From Flavobacteriales bacterium (lineage in GTDB: Bacteria; Bacteroidota; Bacteroidia; NORP154): a DNA stretch of 48,895 nt. The stretch lies in the NCBI GenBank assembly GCA_012965955.1, contig DTRK01000283.1, forward strand, positions 1 through 48,895. The letters are read 5' to 3'. The translations under genes and the position numbers were made by a program. A model generated the notes under the pieces. It was not told the origin of the DNA, did not search any database, and saw only the letters and a program-made list of their open reading frames with translations. Below are positions 26,712 to 34,924 of the stretch, in pieces. Within the stretch, counting starts at the first letter, position 1. Each line of letters begins with the position of its first letter.

Positions 26712-29654
26712 ATGAACGATAACGCTGGATTGGCCATTCTTATTACGTCACTCTTCCTGATTGGTGCATTCCCTTTGTTGGGCTGTGCACAGGATAGCGG
26801 CACAGAGGTATTCTGCTGTCGTCATGCCAAACAATCTATGATGGCCAGTGCTATCAAGGCTGGAGCACCCATTAGCACCGCTGTGGCAACAAGAAGCGAT
26901 ACCATAGATATCACAAAATTCACGATCAACCTTAACATTACGGACTTCTCAGGCCAAACAATTAAAGGGCATTGCAAAATAGACTTCCAGGCCATGATGG
27001 ATGGTGTTGATCATATTTCTCTGGACCTTCTTGCCATGAACATAGATTCAATTACTTCTGGAAGCAGTGTGCTAAATCACAACTATGATGACACGCTCTT
27101 GCGTGTCGAGCTAGGGATGGTGCTGGATAAAGGAAACAGTGCTGAGGTGACTGTATATTATAATGGATCACCGGTGAGTGACCCTTCTGGGTGGGGAGGG
27201 TTTTACTGGATGAGTGGTTACGCCTTCAACCTCGGTGTTGGTTTTCAATCGATTCCTCATAACTATGGAAGAGTGTGGTTTCCGTGTTTTGACAATTTTG
27301 TGGAGCGCTCCACCTATGAGTTCAACATCACAACTGCTGACGGGCGGTCAGCCAAGTGCAACGGTGAGTGGATCAGCGAGTCTCCTTTGAATGGTGACAC
27401 TCTTGTCACTAAATGGATATTGGATAAATCTATACCGTCGTACCTGGCCTGTGTAGCCGTCGCCGACTATGAAACCGTGAATATGCAGCACAGTGGTTTG
27501 AATGGGCCGGTGCCAATACGATTGTATGCAGCGGCAGGAGATACCGGAAATGTACGTGCTTCTTTTGCCAATGTAGCCAATGCCGTTGCGGCCTATGAAC
27601 AGGGCTATGGACCCTATCAATGGAATAAGGTGGGGTACTCAATGGTGCCATTTAATTCCGGTGCGATGGAGCATGCAACCAATATTGCCTATCCTCGCTA
27701 CGCTGCCAATGGCTCTTTGAGCTATGAAGACCTAATGGCCCACGAATTAGCGCATATGTGGTGGGGCGATCTGACTACCTGTGAAACGGCAGGCGATATG
27801 TGGTTAAATGAGGGTATGGCATCGTTTTCGGAGTTCTTGTTCAACGAATATGTGTACGGATGGGATGCTTACCGCCAACTGGTCATTGATAATCACGAAA
27901 GTGTCATTCACCTGGCTCATATTACGGAAGACGAATACCGGCCTTTGTATGACATTCCGCTTAACATCACCTACGGTACGCATGTATATGATAAAGGGGC
28001 TGATATTGTGCACACACTCAGAGGATATATGGGAGATTCACTCTTTTTTGGTGGACTGACCTCGTTTCTGGCAGTAAATAAATTCAGTCATATGAACTCC
28101 TATATGCTAAGGGATCATCTGACTAAATATTCAGGGATCGATATGTCTGATTTCTTTGACAAGTGGGTTTTCAAAGGAGGATTTCCTCATTTTTCGATTG
28201 ACTCAGTAGTTGTAGTGCCCAACGGTCCCAATTTCGACGCCAATGTCTATGTGAAGCAAAAGCTGGTCGGTACTGAATTTTATTGCCAGGATGCACCGTT
28301 GGAAATTACTTTCTTCGATGCCAATTGGGCGGAAAACAGTCAGATCATTACAATTTCCGGAACGACAGCTTCGCAGACATTTACCATTCCATTTAACCCG
28401 GCTTACACAGCGATCAACTACTACAACAAGATATCTGATGCCGTTTCGAGTGATGTAAAAACCATTTCGTCACCGGGCCTCTACAATTTCGTAAACACCC
28501 AGGGAGCTCATATGTCGTTCACGGTAAGTTCTATCACAGATTCGGCGCTTATCAGGGTGGAGCACAATTGGACGTACCCTGATCCAATGACAGGTGTTAA
28601 CAAGTACAAACTCTGTCCGAATCGCTATTGGAAGATCGATGGAATCCTGCCTGCCAGCTATGCGATGACAGCAAAGGCCTTTTACGATGGAAGGACCAGC
28701 GGAAGCAGCTATTACGACCATGGACTGTTCACTAGCCCATCTGACCATGAGGACAGTTTGGTCGTGATGTACAGATCAAATGCAGGTGCAAACTGGAGCG
28801 AATGGCCCTACGTAACCCAAACGGTTATTGCGGCCAATGATGAGTGGGGCCAGGTTGTACTTGACTCTGTGGTTCTCGGCGAATATGTCTTCGCTCTAAA
28901 GGGCACCAATTTTAGTGGAAGTACCTTCATATCAAATGTGGTCCATGTGTCATGTAATGGTGCATGTGATGGTTCGGCTACCGTAACGGCAGACGGTGGT
29001 GTTGGGCCGTATACCTATCTATGGAATGATCCGGGAGTTCAGCAAACCAGTACGGTGATCGGGTTATGTCCGGGAGACTATAGTGTTATTATCACAGATG
29101 CCGGAGGCGATACCGTGATCCGATCAGTTACGATTGCCGAACTCGATTCCCTGGGCGGATATTCATCGGTTACTTTCGAATCATGTGGTGGCTGTAATGA
29201 CGGCTCCATTTCGTTTACCGCTACCGGCGGAGCTACACCGTACACCTACCAATGGAACGATGGAAATAACCAAACTACGTTCATCGCCACGGGGCTTTCA
29301 GATAACGGCGTCTATAACTTGTTGTTAAGTGATGCAAATGGTTGTTCCTATAATGCGGCGAATTTATCCATCGGAGCAGAAGAAACATCGGAAGAGAATT
29401 TAGCCATTCGTATTTCACCCAATCCTTCATCCGGTAGCTTCGCAGTCAAGTTCGTGAAGAAATCTGCCCCAGCTAATTCAACTTTGCTGATATCAGACAT
29501 CAACGGAAGGGTTGTGCTTGAACAACGCATTTCCAAAGGAGTTAGTGAATTGCTGGTAAACACCAAGCATTGGAACTCCGGAGTTTACATCGCGACCATT
29601 CAAGATGATGAAGGCCAGCTATTCTTTGAAAAGTTGATTTATACTAAAGACTAG
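26712..29654 (+). CDS. M1-family zinc aminopeptidase fused to two SprB-type repeats and a type A T9SS C-terminal sorting domain
   Basis: The start is set at MNDNAGLAILITSLFLIGAFPLLGCAQ. It carries the exopeptidase motif GAMEH, the zinc site HELAH-x18-E (WLNEGMASF), repeats CNGACDGSATVTADGGVGPYTYLWND and CGGCNDGSISFTATGGATPYTYQWNDG, and a tail IRISPNPSSGSFAVKF...DINGRVV...GVYIATI. Confidence 0.88.
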   Translation: MNDNAGLAILITSLFLIGAFPLLGCAQDSGTEVFCCRHAKQSMMASAIKAGAPISTAVATRSDTIDITKFTINLNITDFSGQTIKGHCKIDFQAMMDGVDHISLDLLAMNIDSITSGSSVLNHNYDDTLLRVELGMVLDKGNSAEVTVYYNGSPVSDPSGWGGFYWMSGYAFNLGVGFQSIPHNYGRVWFPCFDNFVERSTYEFNITTADGRSAKCNGEWISESPLNGDTLVTKWILDKSIPSYLACVAVADYETVNMQHSGLNGPVPIRLYAAAGDTGNVRASFANVANAVAAYEQGYGPYQWNKVGYSMVPFNSGAMEHATNIAYPRYAANGSLSYEDLMAHELAHMWWGDLTTCETAGDMWLNEGMASFSEFLFNEYVYGWDAYRQLVIDNHESVIHLAHITEDEYRPLYDIPLNITYGTHVYDKGADIVHTLRGYMGDSLFFGGLTSFLAVNKFSHMNSYMLRDHLTKYSGIDMSDFFDKWVFKGGFPHFSIDSVVVVPNGPNFDANVYVKQKLVGTEFYCQDAPLEITFFDANWAENSQIITISGTTASQTFTIPFNPAYTAINYYNKISDAVSSDVKTISSPGLYNFVNTQGAHMSFTVSSITDSALIRVEHNWTYPDPMTGVNKYKLCPNRYWKIDGILPASYAMTAKAFYDGRTSGSSYYDHGLFTSPSDHEDSLVVMYRSNAGANWSEWPYVTQTVIAANDEWGQVVLDSVVLGEYVFALKGTNFSGSTFISNVVHVSCNGACDGSATVTADGGVGPYTYLWNDPGVQQTSTVIGLCPGDYSVIITDAGGDTVIRSVTIAELDSLGGYSSVTFESCGGCNDGSISFTATGGATPYTYQWNDGNNQTTFIATGLSDNGVYNLLLSDANGCSYNAANLSIGAEETSEENLAIRISPNPSSGSFAVKFVKKSAPANSTLLISDINGRVVLEQRISKGVSELLVNTKHWNSGVYIATIQDDEGQLFFEKLIYTKD
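28948..29375 (+). repeat. Two SprB-type repeats (about 70-80 aa each) inside the M1 peptidase gene
   Basis: The C-x-G-x-x-DG ... GG..PY.Y.WN pattern occurs twice. The same module occurs five times in the type B adhesin at 44865-45975. Confidence 0.7.
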
Positions 29655-31474
29655 ATGATCCCGTGAAGCGAAGCTCCTTTAGCACCTAGCTTATCAACTT
29701 TCTTTTCTGTTTCTGGATCTAGCTCCAAAACCGGTGCATGGTGTGGCTTAATACGTGCATCAATAACCATCGGGCCCTCACATCCCCAGTGCTTGGCTTT
29801 GGTAAAGCTCTGAACCCCGTGTACATCTTCAGCGGGATTGCTTCTTGTGAAAGTTACCCAAAGGAAGTTGTTCATTGACTCCATCACAAAACCACTATCA
29901 TCAGCAATGATGATTAGTGGCATAGCTTCCATGTCTATGCCGCTGAGAACATTAGATAAATCTTTCATCTCCCCTTCCGTAGTTGGCGCATCAACGTAGG
30001 CCGGGGCCTGAATGCACATCACGCCAGGCATAATCATCTTAGGATTGGAAAGTCCATTAGGTAAATTAAGGTCTTTAGGCAATTCACCTGATAACGTGCG
30101 CCTCGCCTCACCGACAGCAGCTATCACCAGCTTCGAACCTGCATTGAGCCCTGTTCCGCTATAATCCAATGTATCAATGGTGGAATTTGTGTAGAAGTGC
30201 AAGTCACGCTTCCAGTCTACGCGTTCCAGCATATGTGTGATAAACTGTTCACTATTGCTCACAGTGAGCTGGGCATTGTCTTCTTTGGCAGCTATCCAAA
30301 CATATTTAGCCAGGGACATTTGCCCAAACCCAAGTATGTGATTAGCAATTGTAAGTAGCTCCTGGGGTTGTTGCTGCTCGACATAAGGGGTATATCTCTC
30401 ACTTCCCAGGGCGAAGAGTAACGGGTGTACACCAGCAGCATCTACTGCCTGCACTTCGTGAAGTCCATTGATCTCTGTTGGAATCATAGGCCCTGTAAGC
30501 TCGTGAATTAGCCTTCCAAATTGCGTGTCTTCCTGAGGTGGGCGACCAACAACGGTGAAAGGCCATATCGCACCTTTCTTAGCGTAAACACCATTTACAT
30601 TCATCACTGGAAAATCATGGACAAGACTGTAATAGCCAAGATGGTCCCCGAATGGCCCTTCGGGTTTGTTCGTGTTGGGATGTACTTCTCCTGTTATCAC
30701 AAAATCCGCATCAGCTGAAATCACATGTCCATTGACATGGCCATATCTAAACCTCCTATTGTTCAAGAGTCCGGCAAATGTCAATTCCGAAATACCTTCT
30801 GGAAGAGGCATGATTGCGGCCATGGCATGTGCTGGAGGTCCGCCAACGAAAACACTCACCTTAAGTGGTTGTCCAAGCTCGTTGGCTTTCGCCTGGTGGA
30901 CGCCAATTCCTCTGTGTATTTGGTAGTGCAATCCCACCTCTGCATCAGCTTCATATTCGTTGCCTCTCATTTGTATGCGGTAGCATCCCAAATTGGAGCC
31001 CATTACGCCCTGCTTACTCATATCCTCTGTGTACACCTGAGGAAGCAGCACATAGGGTCCGCCGTCATCGGGCCAACACTGGATTTGAGGTAATTCCGAC
31101 AGCTTCCCTCGCGTTTGAAGACGGCTTAGTGGATTTCTAACTTTTTTTGGGAGCGCTTTGAGCGCGATGAGGTTTTTAAAAGGAGAGCGAATCGCTTTTA
31201 ACGGGTCACTCTTCAAAGTAAGGAGCTCTCTTACCTTGTCGAACGTATCGCGAAAAATGAATTTGGAACGCTCAAGTGTACCAAACATGTTTGAAACAGC
31301 CGGATATGAGCTCCCACTGACATTCTCGAACAAGATAGCTGGGCCTTCTGCCTGGTGCACTCGAAGATGTATTGCGGCCATTTCCAACAAAGGATCTACC
31401 TCCTCCTTAATCCGAATGAGATGCCTATGTGCTTCCAGATCAGCTAACGATTCCTGCAAGGTTTGATATCCCAT
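29651..31474 (-). CDS. UbiD-family decarboxylase (menaquinone/ubiquinone-type prenyl-FMN-dependent)
   Basis: 607-aa ORF. IKEEVDP, GPAILFENV, GCYRIQM, GGPPAH and the rest of the length are colinear with the UbiD family. Confidence 0.8.
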   Translation of the reverse strand: MGYQTLQESLADLEAHRHLIRIKEEVDPLLEMAAIHLRVHQAEGPAILFENVSGSSYPAVSNMFGTLERSKFIFRDTFDKVRELLTLKSDPLKAIRSPFKNLIALKALPKKVRNPLSRLQTRGKLSELPQIQCWPDDGGPYVLLPQVYTEDMSKQGVMGSNLGCYRIQMRGNEYEADAEVGLHYQIHRGIGVHQAKANELGQPLKVSVFVGGPPAHAMAAIMPLPEGISELTFAGLLNNRRFRYGHVNGHVISADADFVITGEVHPNTNKPEGPFGDHLGYYSLVHDFPVMNVNGVYAKKGAIWPFTVVGRPPQEDTQFGRLIHELTGPMIPTEINGLHEVQAVDAAGVHPLLFALGSERYTPYVEQQQPQELLTIANHILGFGQMSLAKYVWIAAKEDNAQLTVSNSEQFITHMLERVDWKRDLHFYTNSTIDTLDYSGTGLNAGSKLVIAAVGEARRTLSGELPKDLNLPNGLSNPKMIMPGVMCIQAPAYVDAPTTEGEMKDLSNVLSGIDMEAMPLIIIADDSGFVMESMNNFLWVTFTRSNPAEDVHGVQSFTKAKHWGCEGPMVIDARIKPHHAPVLELDPETEKKVDKLGAKGASLHGII

Positions 31475-31532
31475 GAATTGGATTTAGAACAAATGTAATA
31501 TTAATGGATTTGGCCTGAGCGGACGAAATTCC

Positions 31533-31582
31533 AAAAAAAAATCCCGCCACAGAAGTAGAGTAACACTAACTTCAGGACGGGA
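31533..31582 (-). terminator. Probable intrinsic terminator downstream of the DUF4290 gene
   Basis: In minus-strand sense, UCCCGUCC pairs with GGCGGGA (7 bp with a 1-nt bulge). An inner 5-bp extension (GAAGU/ACUUC) and an apical loop follow, then a run of 9 U. It starts 20 nt after the stop at 31602. Confidence 0.55.
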
Positions 31583-31601
31583 GTGGATCTGCTAAATGTG
31601 T

Positions 31602-32252
31602 TTAACTTCGCTGGGCTCGTCTTCGGTTATTCGATCCGGACCATTTTCCTGACCTTGACCCTTTCTTTCGGCCGCTATTGCTAGTGTTTCTCCTGGTCTG
31701 GAGTGTGATATTGCTAACATCAGCGAATACAAATCCCTCGGGCAATTTCAGTTTTCCGCCAGAAAGCTCAGCTAAATCGGCAATAATCTTTGTATCCTCA
31801 ACAGAATCTCTGTTCCATGTGAGATATGATTTCTTCAGGTGGTTGGCAATAGTGGCTACCAACGCTGCCTTCTCCGGTCCTTCTTTGAAATCTATTGCCT
31901 TCATAACCATTCCAGAAATAGTTTTCCCATAATGACGGTACTTATAATCCTTCTTTGGATATTCGATTCTCTCCGGTTTGATATTGACACTATCCTTTGT
32001 CGGAATCTCGAATGGTGAATCCACGTCCAATTTAAAGGCAGATATGATGAAGAGATGGTCCCACAGTTTGTGTTTAAAATCAGATACATCACGAAGGTGA
32101 GGATTCAATTCTCCCATCACATCCACAATGCTTCTTGCGCATCTGTTTCGCTCTTCCTTGTCCTTAATGGAAATGGCGTGTGCCACCATCTTTTGGATGT
32201 TCCTGCCATACTCTGGTATAATGAGATGCTCTCTCTGCGTATTGTATTCCAT
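31602..32252 (-). CDS. DUF4290 domain-containing protein
   Basis: 216-aa ORF. MEYNTQREHLIIPEYGRNIQKMV...NPHLRDVSDFKHKLWDHLFIIS matches the conserved N-terminal pattern of the Bacteroidota DUF4290 family. The C-terminal tail is basic. Confidence 0.8.
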   Translation of the reverse strand: MEYNTQREHLIIPEYGRNIQKMVAHAISIKDKEERNRCARSIVDVMGELNPHLRDVSDFKHKLWDHLFIISAFKLDVDSPFEIPTKDSVNIKPERIEYPKKDYKYRHYGKTISGMVMKAIDFKEGPEKAALVATIANHLKKSYLTWNRDSVEDTKIIADLAELSGGKLKLPEGFVFADVSNITLQTRRNTSNSGRKKGSRSGKWSGSNNRRRAQRS

Positions 32253-32440
32253 AAATAAAATTTGTCGCTATGCTTAGATAGGTCGATTAGTAGAAAAATG
32301 TAACCTGTTGTATTCCTTTAAGAAATCGTCAACAAAACTTTCAAGAGGAATTTACGAATGAAAGAATGAAGTTCTGTTGAAGCAGAATTGATTTGGGCTC
32401 AAAGTTATTCTTTTTTACCACAACAGCCAAATCTATCAGG

Positions 32441-34789
32441 TTAGTTGCTTAATATCTTAAGCTTAGCGTACTTTAAAAGAAGTTGCTTCTGTCCAACCTC
32501 TGTAAAGAAAACTGTTGCCTTTTGATTCGCCTGGGCTCCTTCAAGGTGCAATACTTTTCCTAGTCCGAATCGTTCGTGCTCAACTGCCATGCCCACTTGT
32601 AGGTCCTCAGTGTTATCAGCTTCAAATTTTGATACTTTTTTATTTGCTGCCTTGCTGAGCTTTACCATATTTTCCCTTAAGCCAGCTGGAGGGCTCTTTG
32701 GTAGATCAGTAGACTTCTTATTGTTAAAGCTCCAACCTCTGTTACCCTTCTTCCACCCGGTATTTCTCATTGGCCTTGATATTGGTGGACCTTCTAATAT
32801 CTCAGGTTGAATCAGGTAGGTTTCATCAATTTCCTCCAGAAACCTGCTCGGCTCACATTGTACCAAATTGCCCCACCTATATCTGGTGGTCGCATAAGAG
32901 ATGTGTACTTTTTGCTGGGCTCTTGTCAACGCCACATAGAACAGTCTTCTTTCCTCTTCCAGGTCCTCCCTGGAGTTAATCGACAATTGTGAAGGGAAGA
33001 GATTTTCCTCAAGCCCCACAATATACACCACCGGAAACTCGAGTCCTTTGGCCGCATGAATCGTCATCAGAGAAACACGATCATTGTCATTCGGGTCGTC
33101 TGTATCGGCATCTGTAAGCAAAGCTATATCCTCAAGAAAATGAGCCAAAGTAGGAGGATTGTCTTCCGCCGTGTCAACTTCCTCTCCTTGTTTCCGTGAC
33201 CACCTATCAGTAAATTCTTTGATGCCATTCAGCAGCTCCTGTAGGTTCTCATATCTACTCAGCCCTTCAGGTGTCTTATTGTCGTAAAGGTCCTTATTAA
33301 TTCCGGTAGATGTTGCGATGATATCCGCTAACTCGTATGCACCCTTTGATTCCAGCTCTACAGAAAAGCTCTTTATCATAGTCGCGAAATCAAATATTTT
33401 GCTCTGAACAGCAGCGCTAAGGCCCAACTTGTACTCACCAATATTAGAGATCAGTTCCCACATAGTCCTGTCACCCTCATTGGCAGCCACTGATATTTTC
33501 TCCATTGTTCGATTCCCAATTCCGCGGGCCGGGTAGTTGATTACGCGGCGCAGAGACTCTTCGTCTTTACTGTTCACCGTCAATCGAAAGTATGCGATGA
33601 GATCCTTGACCTCTTTGCGTTGATAGAATGAGAGTCCTCCATAAATCTTGTATGGAATATTGATTTTGCGCAATGCTTCCTCCATTGCTCTGGATTGAGC
33701 ATTGGTGCGGTATAGGATAGCGTGATCAAGATTGTGCAAATTCCTGTTCGCCTTTGAATCAAAGATGGAATGAGCAACTTGCCGCCCCTCCTCATTATCT
33801 GTTGGCGACTTAAGCACCGTTATCAGATCACCCTTGGCATTGTCGGTCCAAACTTCTTTGTGCAACTGCTGCTTATTGTTTTGAATGACACTGTTTGCCG
33901 CACCTACTATCGTTTTGGTAGACCGGTAGTTTTGCTCCAACCTAAACACTTTTAAATCCGGGTATTCCACTTGATAGTTGAGGATGTTCTGGATATTCGC
34001 TCCCCTGAACGCATAAATGCTCTGTGCATCATCACCTACCACACAAATGTTCTCATTGATCGCTGCCAGCTTCTTAACGATCGAATATTGCAAGGCATTT
34101 GTATCCTGAAACTCATCAATGAGCACATACTGAAACTTGTGCTGGTACTTATGAAGTGCGTCAGGAATCTCAGTAAGCAGGTAGTTCATGTTAAACAGGA
34201 GATCATCAAAATCCATGGCGCCAGCTTTAAAGCACCTTTTCACATAGGCTCTGTAAATTTCCCCCAGGCGAGGTTTGGCACTTTGCTGATCCTCCTTCTG
34301 GACATTCATATCATTTATATAGACTTCCGGGGTAATTAAATTGTTTTTCGAAAGAGAAATGCGATTCAATACCAAGCCTGGCTTGTATACCTTTTCGTCC
34401 AGACCGAATTCCCTGATAATTAACTTTATCTGACTCTTAGAATCCTGGGTGTCGTAGATGGTGAAATTGCTCGGGTAGCCCAGTTTTTCAGACTCAATTC
34501 TCAACACCCTGGCGAAGACAGAATGGAACGTTCCAATCCAAATATTTTGCGCATCTCTGCCTCCAACAATATTCACCACACGCTCCTTCATCTCTCGTGC
34601 TGCCTTGTTTGTAAATGTTAGGGAGAGTATGTTAAACGGGGCAACTCCGGATTTAATAAGATGAGCGATCCGATAGGTTAGCACCCTCGTTTTGCCAGAT
34701 CCAGCGCCAGCTATTATCATGACGGGCCCATTGAGCTCGGACACAGCTTTTCGCTGAACTTCGTTCAGAACATCCAGGTAATTACTCAC
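32441..34789 (-). CDS. uvrD: ATP-dependent DNA helicase, UvrD/PcrA/Rep family (SF1)
   Basis: 782-aa ORF with Walker A AGAGSGKTRVLT, motif II IDEFQDTN, YRS and TIHAAKGLEF helicase motifs, and a C-terminal Tudor-like domain. Confidence 0.9.
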   Translation of the reverse strand: MSNYLDVLNEVQRKAVSELNGPVMIIAGAGSGKTRVLTYRIAHLIKSGVAPFNILSLTFTNKAAREMKERVVNIVGGRDAQNIWIGTFHSVFARVLRIESEKLGYPSNFTIYDTQDSKSQIKLIIREFGLDEKVYKPGLVLNRISLSKNNLITPEVYINDMNVQKEDQQSAKPRLGEIYRAYVKRCFKAGAMDFDDLLFNMNYLLTEIPDALHKYQHKFQYVLIDEFQDTNALQYSIVKKLAAINENICVVGDDAQSIYAFRGANIQNILNYQVEYPDLKVFRLEQNYRSTKTIVGAANSVIQNNKQQLHKEVWTDNAKGDLITVLKSPTDNEEGRQVAHSIFDSKANRNLHNLDHAILYRTNAQSRAMEEALRKINIPYKIYGGLSFYQRKEVKDLIAYFRLTVNSKDEESLRRVINYPARGIGNRTMEKISVAANEGDRTMWELISNIGEYKLGLSAAVQSKIFDFATMIKSFSVELESKGAYELADIIATSTGINKDLYDNKTPEGLSRYENLQELLNGIKEFTDRWSRKQGEEVDTAEDNPPTLAHFLEDIALLTDADTDDPNDNDRVSLMTIHAAKGLEFPVVYIVGLEENLFPSQLSINSREDLEEERRLFYVALTRAQQKVHISYATTRYRWGNLVQCEPSRFLEEIDETYLIQPEILEGPPISRPMRNTGWKKGNRGWSFNNKKSTDLPKSPPAGLRENMVKLSKAANKKVSKFEADNTEDLQVGMAVEHERFGLGKVLHLEGAQANQKATVFFTEVGQKQLLLKYAKLKILSN

Positions 34790-34824
34790 AATAATTGGTA
34801 AAAATGTTGGTCGTGATGTGACTA

Positions 34825-34832
34825 CAAAAATA
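34825..34832 (-). promoter_or_regulatory. Putative -7 promoter box (TATTTTTG) for the helicase gene
   Basis: The reverse complement of CAAAAATA, 36-43 nt upstream of the ATG at 34789. Confidence 0.3.
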
Positions 34833-34924
34833 CATTTTTGATGACCAAGTCAAACCAATTCTACCTGTATTTTCGTCAATTTATTAACCACATTAGTTTC
34901 TAAATTTATTAGCTTACATCTCTT

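Noticed and set aside
30521-31466. Stack of plus-strand ORFs (65-122 aa) opposite the UbiD-family gene
   Set aside because: All are antisense to a full-length, motif-supported decarboxylase gene. I recognise no families among them.
32380-32440. Possible terminator (TTCTG/CAGAA stem) after the helicase gene
   Set aside because: The stem is 5 bp and the downstream tract is not a clean U-run. Support is insufficient.
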